DNA of 64,000 bases from Mobula hypostoma. Its lineage: Eukaryota. Below are positions 49,661-61,759 of this stretch, piece by piece. The stretch spans positions 7,130,001-7,194,000 of the forward strand of contig NC_086097.1 in the NCBI RefSeq assembly GCF_963921235.1, in the 5' to 3' direction. Position 1 is the first letter of the stretch, and each line of letters starts with the position of its first letter. A program made the position numbers and the translations under genes. The notes under the pieces are model-generated. The model was given only the letters and a program-made list of their open reading frames with translations. It ran no database searches and was not told where the DNA came from.

Positions 49661-50809
49661 CAATGGAACAAAAATGTAAATGAGTGCTATTTGAAATTGA
49701 GAACATAAGCAGAAGAATGTACTAATTGTAAACATCTAGGGTTGTTGGACAGACATGGTCGGTCAGGCTGTGCTAATGGAGAAAAAAAAACTGAGCCAAT
49801 ATCCCAGCTGGGTGACTTACAGCAGAAATGACAAGTTCTAATGCTGGTTAACCAGAAGTTGTCAAATTCAGCCCAGCAAAATGTAACCTGCCCATACAGA
49901 AGATGAAATGCTTGAGGAACTTAAAACTAGCTCTTTCCCAGTTCTGACAAAAGCTCCTCAATCTGAAACATTAACTGTTTTCCTTTGCGCAGATGTTGCC
50001 TAACCTGCTGCTTATTTCCAGTATTTTTAACTTTTGTTTAAGATATCTGCCATTTACCCAGCATCTTTCACACAATCTCTGTACCATAATTTGCACAGTG
50101 CCAATTTCTGTCTATGCCAACATAAATTAGAATCTTGAAGCTCCACACAACAGCTCAGTTGAATAGAATAATATCACTAGTTTGTTACTTTCGTTACTAT
50201 CTCCTTCTCCTGAAATATGGATATCTAACTGGGCAGCTTTAGAACCTACTGGAGCCTGTTCAAACATTTTCCAAAAAAAGATGGTGATTTTATTAATCCC
50301 AGCATTTAGTTTCTGAAATTCAAAGTGCAAATTTCAAAGTCAATTTATTATCAAAGTACAGTACATATATGTCACCATATACAACCCTGAGATTCATTTT
50401 TTGTGGGCATTCTCAGTAAATACAAAGAAAGACCAAGGAATTCAGCAGGTCAGGCAACATCTTTGGTGAGGAACATACAGACAACATTTTGGACCGAAAC
50501 CCTTCATCAGGATTGGAAATGAAGGGAGCAGAAACCTGCTCATTCTGTTCACTTCCATTAAGAGTTAATGTTACGTCTATGTTCACCTTCCCAGTTTATT
50601 GTTCACTTTATAGAGCAGCAGTTATTACTCACTCTTGAATGGAATGGCTCACCAAGCACTCCAGAAACATGCACCAAAGTGAATGTGGAGTCCTGTTTAG
50701 ACAAACTAGATAAGCATAGTAAACCTTCTTTCCTGAAAGGCAATTAATAGGTTTTTACAATAAACCACTTATTTTATTTATTTTTATTTAGAGATGCGTT
50801 CTTTTGCGG

Positions 50810-51773
50810 CATCAGGGGTGTGTGCTTAGCCCACTGCTCTACTCACTATATACCCATGACTGTGTGGCTAGGCATTGCTCAAATACCATCTAAAAATTTG
50901 CTAATGATACAACCATTGTTGGTAGAGTCTCAGGTGGTGACGAGAGGGCGTACAGGAGCGAAATATGCCAACTAGTGGAGTGGTGTCGCAGCAACAAACT
51001 GGCACTCAATGTTAGTAAGATGAAAGAGCTGTGTGGACTTCAGGAAGGGTAAGACGAAGGAACACATGTCAATCCTCATAGAGGGCTCAGAAGTGGAGAG
51101 AGTGAGCAGTTTCAAGTTCCTGGGTGTCAAGATCTCTGAGGACCTAACCTGGTCCCAACACATTGATGTAGTCATAAAAAGGCAGGACAGTGGCTATACT
51201 TTACTAAGAGTTTGAAGAGATTCGGCATGTTAACAAATGCACTCAAAAACTTCTGTAGTTGTACCATGGAGAGTATTCTGACAGGCTGCATCACTGCCTG
51301 GTATGGAGGGGCTACTGCACAGGACCGAAAGAAAGTTGTAAATCTAGTCAGCTCCATCTTGGGTACCAGCCTTCAAATTACCCAGGACATCTTTAGAGAG
51401 CGGTGTCACAGGAAGGCAGCGTCCATTATTAAAGACCTCCAGCACCCAGGGCATGCCCTTTTCTCACTGTTATCATCAGGTAGGAGGTACAGAAGCCTGA
51501 GGGCACACACTCAGCGATTCTTCCCCTCTGCCATCCAATTCCTAAATAGACATTGAATCTTTGGACACGACCTCACTTTTCTTTTCTGATACACAGTATT
51601 TCTGTTTCTGCACATTTTAAAATCTATTCAATATACCTAATTGATTTACTTATTTATTATTATTATTTTATTTATTATTTATTTTTTTCCTCTCTGCTAG
51701 ATTGAACTACTGCTGCTAAGTTAACAAATTTCATGTCACATGCCAGTGATAATAAACCCAATTCTGATTCTGA
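50810..51773 (+). mobile_element. Rex1/Babar-like LINE 3' portion (same family as 3327-4526)
   Basis: [24 protein letters not shown] and HPGHALFSLL..GRRYRS; tail ATTCTGATTCTGA. Confidence 0.88.
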
Positions 51774-52007
51774 ACATATTGATAGGCAACTGAGCCATTG
51801 TGCCCAATCATGGACAATGCATGACTATATGTTCCAGCTTTAATCTTTACAGCATTCAAAGGAGATTTCTCTCAATAATCAGCTGATTGCACTCTAATAA
51901 ACACATTTGTGCTTGTGGAAGAAGGTGGCAATTACAGCAAGAACATTTTTCTGACTTTCTAATGGGTCCCTTTCCCTACTTAACAGTATATGGGTTATTC
52001 AGCCTTA

Positions 52008-52582
52008 TTCAAGATTCAAGATTGTTTCATGTAATTTCCAGTACACAGGGGTAAAGGAGAACAAAATAATTGTTACTCCGGATCTAATGCAGCCCAAAAA
52101 ACATAATAAGATAAAGATCACAATAATAAAAATCACAATAAATATATATGTATAAGATAGGTTATATACATAGAATGATTGCATTGTCCATAAAGCGACA
52201 TTAGTACAGGAGTATCTGTACATAAGGTGACTCTCACAGGGAATGATAGAGTAGGGGAGGTGGGGGTGTGGAAAGGTGGGTTAGTGAGTGGAGGTGATGA
52301 TCAGTTTTACTGCTTGGGGGAAAGTAACTTTCTTTAAGTCTGGTGGTCTTGATGTAGATGCTACATAGCTTCCTTCATGATGGGATTGGGACTAGCAGTC
52401 CATGAGCAGGATGGGTGGAATCCTTCATAATGTTACTGTCCCTTTTCCTGCACCATTCCGTATGTATGCGCTTGATGGTGGGTAGGCTGTTGCTGGTGAT
52501 GCGTTGGTCAGTTTTGACTACCCGCTGGAAAGCCTTCCTGTCTGCTGCAGCGCGGTTTTCGTACCATGCAGTGATGCAGCTT
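52008..52582 (-). mobile_element. Rex1-like LINE 3' fragment
   Basis: SCITAWY...QRVVKT..RIT...KD.THPAHGL; (TCTTGAA)n tail. Confidence 0.75.
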
Positions 52583-53499
52583 AACAATATGTGGGTTATT
52601 CAACGTTATGCTGTTCCTGTGTGACTGGCTCTACTTGGTGTTTCTTCTTTTCTTTCTAAGTCTTCCTAACCCTTCTCCTGTCATAGATTTTGTAATTTTT
52701 TTTGAGTCACATGGAAGCAGAAAGCAGAAGCATTAATCTGCCTTTTCCTACTCATTCAGAGGACCTGACACAGGCTAGAAGGAGAAATGTGAGATTTGAT
52801 GATAAAGTTATTGGACACGATGCTGTTTACATTACTAGGTTGCTGAACTAGGCTCGGTCCACGTCAGAATACTTTGGCTAGCATGAAATTTCCCAAAAGC
52901 CTCCTTGTGCTTGATTAGATATGGAGAGAACAGCCAAGCAAACAAGCAAAAAATAGTACTTGTTAAACACTGCTTTCGCAGTTGATATTTGGAACCTTTG
53001 AAGAATAAAGAGGCAAAATCCCATGTTTTTTGTTTATAAGAACACCAAACTTTGCATTTATTTAATGTAAGGTTTCCAATGAATGGCCAAATGCTGGATT
53101 ACTTTCACAAAAACAATATCTCTTCTAGATTCAGCCAGTTAGTGAATATTTGGCAAACTAAAGTTGCAGAAGTTTATATCAGCATGCAAAGAGCACCGTA
53201 AAGTCTTTGCAGCAGCAATTCTGCAGTGGACAATTCAAAAGAAATTTAACATTTTAAAGGTCAAGTGACATACACACATGAGGTAATTCCCAAAATGTGG
53301 CAGCAATTTACAAGTGATAAACGACTTATAATCATCAGTGGTTTTTTGACCACGTTACCTCAAGGGCAAAAATCAATTGAAGGCAGGTGTGAGCTGATAG
53401 TTTCAGATGGAACTCTCCGTCACAAGTTTACAACATGAAAGATCGTATTTGTCATCCAATATGCATGTTTTTGCCCACAGGGAGTATAGATTCAGGGTT

Positions 53500-53804
53500 A
53501 AAATATAGGTTAACATTACAGAGAGAACTCAGCACTGTCGGAAGTTCAGTCTTTCTGGCTGACTTTCTAAACGCAGGGTCTGTTTGCCGTCTTAGGTGGA
53601 TGTAAAAGATGCTGTGAGAAAATTTGGAATATGTTCTCATCTGTGTCATGGTCCCTCAATCAACATCAGCGAGAAATAATTTCCTTTCAGTCAGAGCTTA
53701 CAGTAGGCAGATTCACTGCCTATTTTTCACAGTTATAATGTCAATTACACTTGATGAGATGTAAAGTATTTTGAACGAGTGTTTAGGAGATACATTTGTA
53801 CATG
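53500..53804 (+). mobile_element. Ancient Deu-domain SINE (SacSINE1/AmnSINE1-like), diverged
   Basis: GCACTGTCGGAAGTTCAGTCTTTC...AGGTGGATGTAAAAGAT...TCCCTCAATCAACATCA resembles the Deu central domain as I recall it. Confidence 0.62.
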
Positions 53805-53841
53805 TACACTCAGTGAAAATTTATTCAGTATCTCTATATTA

Positions 53842-54240
53842 TTGTGTGGCAAGGTGGAGACGCATCTCCACCATAGGAGGTGTAAGGCACTCTTGGTCTC
53901 CACCAGCCTGCAGGTCACCCTTGAGCAAGGTGTAGCACCTGCATAGGCCCTTCCCCTCCCCTCTGACCCAATCAGGGTCACGTGAAGCCATGGGAGCAGG
54001 TGGTGGATGGTCGTGTGAGCAGCTGGTGCATATCACAAGTCCTGGTTATGTGACCACTGATGCCAGGCAGACAATCTCTGAAGACTATTGGTAATGGCTG
54101 GGGTCACCCATTTTGTAAAGATGCTGCCCAGAAGAAGGCAATAGCAAAGCACTTCTGTTGAAAAATTTGCCAAGAACAATCATGGTCATGGAAAGACATT
54201 GAGCATGCACATCATATGGCATGACATATAATGAATGAAA
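53842..54240 (+). mobile_element. RTE-derived SINE-like element (Bov-A/Sauria-like 3' block) with a degenerate HDV-like core near its 5' end
   Basis: GAAGAAGGCAATAGCAAAGCACTTCTG block and (AATG)n tail; homologous to 6408-7535. Confidence 0.75.
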
Positions 54241-54351
54241 TTATCTAATGAAGTGGCCATTATGTGTATGTTTATGGTCTGCTGTAGCCCAACAACCTTA
54301 TGGTTTGACGTGTTGTGCATTCAGAGATGGTCTTCTGTGCACACTGCTGTT

Positions 54352-54942
54352 GTAAATAAACTGGACTGGTCAAAGAACACTGAGGCTCTCGACAAGAAGG
54401 GACTGAGCCGTCTCTATTTCCTGAGGAGACTGAGGTCCTTTAACATCTGCCAGACGATGCTGAGGATGTTCTATGAGTCGGTGGTGGCCAGTGCTATCAT
54501 GTTTGCTGTTGTGTGCTGGGGCAGAGGGTAGCAGACACCAACAGAATCAACAAACTCATTCGTAAGGCCAGTGATGTTGTGGGGATGGAACTGGACTCTC
54601 TCACGGTGGTGTCTGAAAAGAGGATGCTGTCTAAGTTGCATGCCATCTTGGACAATGTCTCCCATCCGCTACATAATGTACTGGGTGGGCACAGGAGTAC
54701 ATTCAGCCAGAGACTCATTCCACCGAGATGCAACACAGAGCGTCATAGGAATTCATTATTGCCTGTGGCCATCAAACTTTACAACTCCTCCCTTGGAGGG
54801 TCAGACACCCTGAGCCAATAGGCTGGTCCTGGACTTATTTCATAATTTACTGGCAAATTTACATATTACTATTTATTATTTATGGTGCAACTGTAACAAA
54901 AACCTGTTTCCCCCGGGATCAATAAAGTATGACTATGACTAT
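54352..54942 (+). mobile_element. Rex1/Babar-type LINE 3' fragment of a second subfamily
   Basis: LDWSKNTEAL.KKG.SRLYFLRRLRSF...FYESVVASAIMFAVVCWG; AATAAA + (GACTAT)n tail. Confidence 0.85.
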
Positions 54943-55741
54943 GTAAGTTGTGGTTATTTGTTATTGTTGCCTTCCTGTCATCTTGAACCAGTCTGGGCAT
55001 TCTCCTCTGACCCCTCTGATTAATAAGGTGTTTTCTCCTACAGAACTACTGCTCACTGGAAGTTTTTTTTTATTTTTCACACAATTTTCTGTAAAGTCCC
55101 GGGAGATTAGCAGTTTCTGAGATACTCAAACCACTCTGTCTGGTAGTAACAATCTTTCCACAGTCAAAGTCACTTAGTTCATATTTCTTCTGCATCCTGA
55201 TGTTTGATCTGAACAACAATTCAACTCTTTGACTATGTCTGCATGCTTATATGAATTGAGTTGCTGCCACATGATTGGCTGATTAGATATTTGCATTAAC
55301 AAGCAGGTAGCAGGTGTACCGCTGTACCAAGTGAGGCGGACACTGAATGTATACGCAAGTTTTTATCGAAGATATGTTTTGAGATCTTCCCACTAATGAA
55401 CACAAATACTGGAAATTGTAGCATCTGTGGAAGTGAAAAAACAGTTGACATTTCAGACTGAGACACTTCATCAGGTCCCATTAATAAGTTTGGTTTAAAA
55501 TGAAGCTATATCTTTCAGTATGGGAATGGATTACTGTCAACACTTATGACGATAAAGCATGGATGTTGTGGAAATCACAAGTTTTGGGAAAGATGTCAAG
55601 AAACAGACAGGGTTGAACAGTAATACAGAAAAAAGCCTTCCATGTTTCCATAAATGGAGCAATCCTTTTCAAACACTGCATCACACCGCACACAATGAAT
55701 TACCATCCTTGGGGGGAAGCAGCACCATAGTAGTTAGCTAT

Positions 55742-56262
55742 AGGCCATAAGACCATAAGACATAAGAGCAGAATTAGGCCATTTGGCCCATTGAGTCTGC
55801 TCCACCATTCAATCATGGCTGATCCCTTTTCCCCTCCCCAGCCCCACTCCCCAGCCTTCTCCCAGTAACCTTTGATGCCATGTCCAATCAAGATCCTATC
55901 AATCTCTGCTTTAAATACACCCATGACCTGACCTCCACAGCTGCCTGTGAAAATAAATTCCACAAATTCACCACTGTCTAGCTAAAAAAATTTCTCTGCA
56001 TCTTTGTTTTTAAATGGACGCCCTCTATCCTGAGGCTGTGCCCTCTTGTCCTAGACTACCCCACCATGGGAAACATCCTTTCCACATCTTCTCTGTCTAG
56101 GCCTTTCAACATTTGAAAGATTTCAATGAGATCTCCCCTCATCCTTCTAAATTCCATCGAGTACAAACCTAGACCTATCAAACTTTCCTCATATGATAAT
56201 CCTTTCATTTCCGGTTTCATCCTTGTGAACCTCCTCTGGACCCTCTCCAATGCCGGCACATC
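55742..56262 (-). mobile_element. CR1 3' fragment
   Basis: ALERVQRRFTRM...GLYSMEFRRMRGDLIE. Confidence 0.85.
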
Positions 56263-57639
56263 TTTAATTACTGCGGCAGCAACCTGGGTTCAAATCTCAC
56301 TGCTGTCAGTGAGGAGTTTATACGTTCTCTCCATGACCTCCAGGAGCTTTGCTTTCCACACCCAATCCAAAGATGGACAGATTAGTAGGCTAATCGGTCA
56401 CATGTGTGTAATTGTACTGTATATATAAATAATATAGGTTTGTTTTTGTTGTCCCATGAGAGGGTTGTTTTGGTTGTCCCACAAGCATTGAAACAGCTTA
56501 AATTTTCGAGCAGGATTGGTCTGGACAGGGGTAACAGAAATGGAGCAATGGTTCTTTGTAAATTGGTTGTTCAGAAGGGAGTAACCCTGTTAGATCTTAA
56601 ATGCTGGGCCCCATTCTAATCTTTGAAATTTATCTCTCAGACGAAGCTATTGGGAATTATATCTTGGCCTGTGAGACTGGGAATGCAGTTGGAAGCTGCT
56701 ATCACTGGGGATTGGACAACACAAGAAACAATTTGCTAGAGGAACTCAGTGGGTCAGGCGCCCTGGAGAGGGAAAGTGACAAGGCTCTTCATCTGGACGA
56801 TCTTCATCTTGTCATCCTAGCATCCGGTGATTGTGAGAAGAAAGGAAACAATAATAGATGCTGTATAAAGATGGCTGGCGTAATGCAGGTTCAAGGATTC
56901 CTTCTGGGCTGCAAGAACTGCTCTAGCTATTCCCAGAATCAGAATCAGGTTTAATATCACTGGCATATGTCATGAAATATGTGGTTTTGTGGCAGCAGTA
57001 CAATGCAATACATATTTTAAAAAACTATAAAGTTCAAAGTACATTTATTATTAAAGATTCTTTAGGTTATGAACCCTTGAGATTCATCTCCTTGCAGGCA
57101 ACCACTAAATAGAGAAACCCAATAGATACATCCAATGTGCAAACAAAGAACAAACTGTGCAAACACTAAAGAAGCAAGCAAATAAGATTCTGAACTAAGT
57201 TCTCAAAAGTAAGTTGCCAGCCTCGAAGCCAGTTACAGCCAATCCAGGAGCTCATTACTTGTAGGCTACAGCCTTGCTTCAGTGTGGAGATGAGTAAACC
57301 TTGCCAAGCGGTGAGCTGAACACCAGCCTGTCTTTCACCTCCAGCCCCAACACCCTGATCTTTTCAATCTGGCCCAGCAGTTAAATGGGCCAAAACTTGG
57401 CTCATTTCTCACACTTGGGCACCGTCCCTGACACTTGACTCAGCCTCACTTCAGCTTGGCTCGACTCGTCATTTCAAATCAGCTCCAAGTCCATTCCAGC
57501 AATGGCCATGCATTGTGTGTTTCTCGCTCTCAGGCCCAGGGACTGCTGACTCAATTCAACCTACCCACACTATGCCACAAACGTCCTGCAACGTTGAGAC
57601 TTCAGTTCACACTACAATAATGCCAGGTCATAAATTAGA

Positions 57640-60505
57640 CCACAAAACCATAAGACCATGAGATGTAGGAGCTGTATTAGGCCATTTGGCCCACTGAGTC
57701 TGCTCTGCCATTACATCATGGGTGATCTAATTTTCCTCTCAGCCCCATTCTCCTGCCTTCTCCCTGTATCCCTTCATGCCCCGAGTAATCAAGAATCTAT
57801 CAACCACTGCCTTAAAGATAGATAAAAACTTGACCTCCATAGCTGCCTGTGGCAAAGAATTTCACAGATTCACCACTCTCTGGCTATAGAAATTCGTCCT
57901 CATCTCCATTCTAAAAGAACACCCCTCTATTCTGAGGCTGTGTCCTCTGGTCTTAGACTCTTCCACTATAGGAAGTGGCCTCTCCACATCCACTCTGTCA
58001 AGGCCTTTCACCATTCGATAGGTTTCAATGAGGTCACCCCTCATTACCAACTGAAATGTGGGCTCTGCAAACTTTGTAGCAAAGCCAACCAAATCATTGA
58101 CATACAACGTTAAAAGAATCAGTCCCAAAACAGACCCCAGTGGAACACCACTAGTCACCAGCGGACAACCAGAAAAGGCTCCCTCTATTCACACTCTTTG
58201 CCTCTTGCCAATCAGCTACTGCTTATTCATGCTGATATCTTTCCATTGGCTCATAGCTTGTTAAGCAGCCTCATGTGTGGCAACTTGTCAAAGGCCTTCT
58301 GAAAATACAAGTTCTCAACATGAACCGATTCTCCTTTGCTTTCGTGCTTGTTATTTCTTCAAAGAATTCCAACAGATTTCTCAGGCAAGGCCTATTTTAT
58401 CATGTGCCTCCAAGAACCCTGAGACCTCATCCTTAATAATTGACTCCACCATCTTCCCAACCAATGAGGTTAGGCTAACTGGCCTATAGTTTTCTTCCTT
58501 CTGCCTCTCTCCCTTCTCGAAGAGTAGAGTGTCGTTGCGATTTTCCAGTCATCCGGAACCACTCCAGAATCTAGTGATTCTTGAAAGATCATTACGAATG
58601 CCTTTATGATCTCTTCAGCCACCTCTTTCAGAACCCTGGGGTGTACACCATCTTGTTCAGGTGGTTTATCTACCTTAAGACCTTTCCGTTTCCTGAGAAT
58701 CTTTGCTCTAATAATGGTAACTTCACACACTTCATGACCCCTGACACCTGGAACATCCACCATACTAATAGTGTCTTCCACAGTGAAGACTGATGTAAAA
58801 TAGTTATTCAGTTCATTTGTCATTTCATTGTCTCCCATCACTACCTCTCCTGTGTCATTTTCCAGTGGTCCAATATCCACTCTCACTTCTCTTTTACGCT
58901 TTATGTATCTGACAAAACTTTTGGTACCTTCTTTAATATTATTGGCTAGCTTACTTTTGTATCCCATCTTTACCTTCCCAAGACCTTTTAGTTGTCTTCT
59001 GTTGGTTTTTAAAAGCTTACCAATCTTCTAACTTGTCCCTAACTTTTGCCCTATTATATGCCCTTTCTTTGGCTTTTATGTTGGCTTGATTTCTCTTGTT
59101 AGCCACGGTTGTGTCATCATTCCTTTAGAATACTTCTTCCTCTTTGAGATGTATATATCCTGTGCCTTCCAAATTGCTTCAGAAATTCCAGCCATTGCTG
59201 CTCTGCCATCATCCCTGCCAGTGTTCTTTTCCAATCAATTCTGGCCAACTCCTCTCTCATGCCTCTGTAATTCCCTTTACTCCACTGTAATACTGATTCA
59301 ACTGAATTTAACATCTCCTTCTCAAACTTCATGCAGAATTTGATCATGTTATGATCACTTGTCCCTTCTTTTACCTTAAGCTCTCTAATCAATTCTGGTT
59401 CCTTGCACAACACCCAATCCAAAACAGCTGATCCTCTATTGGGCTCAACCATAAGCTGCTCAAAAAAGCCATCTCATAGGTAGACTAGAATTTCCCCCAC
59501 CTAGAATCCACCAATTTTCCCAATCTACATGCATATTGAAGCCCCCCCCATGACTATTGTAACAATGTCCTTTTGAGAACCATTTTCTACCTCCCATTGT
59601 AATTTCTATGCCACATCCTTACTACTGTTTGAAGTCTGTATAGAGCTTCCATCAGCGTCTTTTTACCCTTGCACTTCCTCAGCTCTATCCACAATGATTC
59701 AACACCTTTTGACCCTATGTCACATCTCTCTGATGATCTGATTTCATTTTTTAATAAAAGAGCAACGTCACCCACTCTGTCTTCCTGCTGGTCCTTTCCA
59801 TACAATGTGTATCTTTGTACATTAAACTCCCAGCTATAATCTTTTTTCAGCTATGACTGAGTGATGCCTACAACATCATACCTGCCAATCTACAACTGTG
59901 CTGCAAGTTCATCTACCTTATTCCGTTTACTGCGTGCATTCATATACAACACTTCAGCCCTGTATTCACCCTTTTCGATTTTGTCTGTCCTTTACATTGC
60001 AATTCATCCTGTTGACTGCAATTTTCCTCTATCAACAGCCTCTTCTCACTACACATTGCCTCTGTTTTGTAAATCAGCTACCTTATCTACCTCATCTTCA
60101 GTACTATCATCCAGCTTTCCTACGATACTTCTTGCATTGAAATGCACACAACCCAGGACACTAGTTGCACCTTTTGCTTCTTAACTTTGTCTGAAGTCTT
60201 ACCAACGTCTGCCTCCACAACACTAACTGTTCTGGTGCTCTGGTTCCCAACCCCCACAACTCTAGTTTAAACCCCAGAATGCAGCATTAACTAACCTTCC
60301 CACTAGGATATTAGTCCTCCTCCAGTTTTGGTGCAAAATATCCCTTCTGTACAGATCCCACCGTCTCTGGGAAAGAGCCCAATGATCCAAATTCTAATGC
60401 CTTCCCTCCTACACCAACTCCTTAGTCACATTTTAAACTGTATAATCTTCCTAGTTCTGGCGTCGCTAGCACATGGCACAGGAAGCAATCCTGATATCAC
60501 AACTG
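57640..60505 (-). mobile_element. Long degenerate CR1 with internal deletions, including the end of ORF1 (SGNH-esterase-like)
   Basis: ORF2 pieces SDHNMIKF, HPRVLKEVAEEI and TSGVPLGSVLG; ORF1 remnant VVISGLLPV...WCRREG...WDLYRRD.LH.N at 60260-60503. Confidence 0.85.
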
Positions 60506-61684
60506 AGATCAAATGGCAGTGATTGTTTTCCAGAAAATGTGTGATTAATAAATTAGTTAGTAGTTTTGTTTGTTGCCAATAAGTCGTCACCATGTTTCAC
60601 AAGCACCATTCATAACAAAGTTTTTATTGGTAGTTATAATAAGAAAAACAAATATATTTATAAATGAATTAATTTGTGCAAAAAGAGAGCAAAACATCTT
60701 TTCAAAATAGTGAGATATTGTATGTGGGTCATTGTCCATTTAGAAATCTGATGACAGAGGGGAAGAAGCTGTTCCTAAATTATTGAATGTGTGCCTTCAG
60801 GCCCCAGTAACCTCCCTCTCTGATAGTAGCAATGAGAAGAGGCTATGTCCTAGGTGAGAGGTGTCCTTAATGACCAATGCTGCCTATTTGAAGCATTGTC
60901 TTTTGAAGATGTTCTTGATGCTGAGGAGGCTAGTACCTATGATGAAGCTGGCTGAGTTTGCAACTTTCTTACCCTTAGGGAATTCTCCTGGAAACAATTC
61001 AATGCCAAGTGGGCCTCCTTCCACCAGGCTGCTGTTTAGTGTCTGCCATTTCAAGCAGATTTGACGGCACACAGAACTCTCCCTAGCTGCACAATGAATG
61101 TCTGATCAAATCATTTTGCGGAACTGAAGATGTCATCAGTCTCTGCCCTTTGATCTTTTCCACCCAACTTTCGTGGGACCTCTGGACAGCTTAAGTAAGA
61201 TAAAATGCCATCAGGTGAGTGAGGAAAGAACTGGGCTGGCAGCATTTAATCTTAGCCTCCTATTCCCTGTTCTCCTTAAAATCAGGCTCTCTTCTCAACC
61301 CTGGCACTAGTCACTCTAAATGTTGGAGTAATGATTCAGTGCCTTTGTACAGTATGTGGTGGAGCAAAGCATCTGTAGACTCTTTTACTCTTCTACACAC
61401 ATCTGTTTTTCGATTGCAGGCACAGCAGTAATAAGATTTGAAAACTAGTTAGTTCAAAGTTCAAAGCAAATTTATCATCAAATTATAGATACAGTACTGT
61501 GCAAAGTTCTTTGACACATATGTAAAGCTAGGGTGCCTAAGACTTTTGCATAGTACTGTATATTATGTCTTTTCAGTTACCAAATAACATATAATACTAC
61601 TGAGCTAATAAACAACTAAGTACTCCTACTTCTAAAAGTTGTTGGTGAACACAGGAGGCCAGGCAGCATCTCTAGGAAGAGGTA

Positions 61685-61722
61685 CAGTTGACGTTTCAGG
61701 CCGAGACCCTTCGTCAGGACTT
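61685..61722 (-). ncRNA. Antisense partner hammerhead motif
   Basis: AAGUC-CUGACGA-A-GGGUCUCGGCCU-GAAA-C-GUC|AACUG; stem I is mismatched. Confidence 0.62.
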
Positions 61723-61759
61723 AGTCCTGATGAAGGGTCTCGACCTGAAACGTCGACTG
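61722..61759 (+). ncRNA. Minimal type I hammerhead ribozyme motif with intact core
   Basis: UAGUC-CUGAUGA-A-GGGUCUCGACCU-GAAA-C-GUC|GACUG; predicted cleavage after 61754. Confidence 0.78.

Larger units (their letters stand above)
53807..55349 (-). mobile_element. Internally deleted Tc1-like element carrying two later insertions
   Basis: TA|CACTCAGTG...CACTGAATG|TA termini; minus-strand N-terminal remnant MQKKYELSDFDCGKIV..RQSGLSISETA near 55100-55195. Confidence 0.72.

Noticed and set aside
61140..61220. Perfect plus-strand donor CAG|GTGAGT
   Set aside because: No pyrimidine-rich acceptor upstream and no other plus-strand exons supported.
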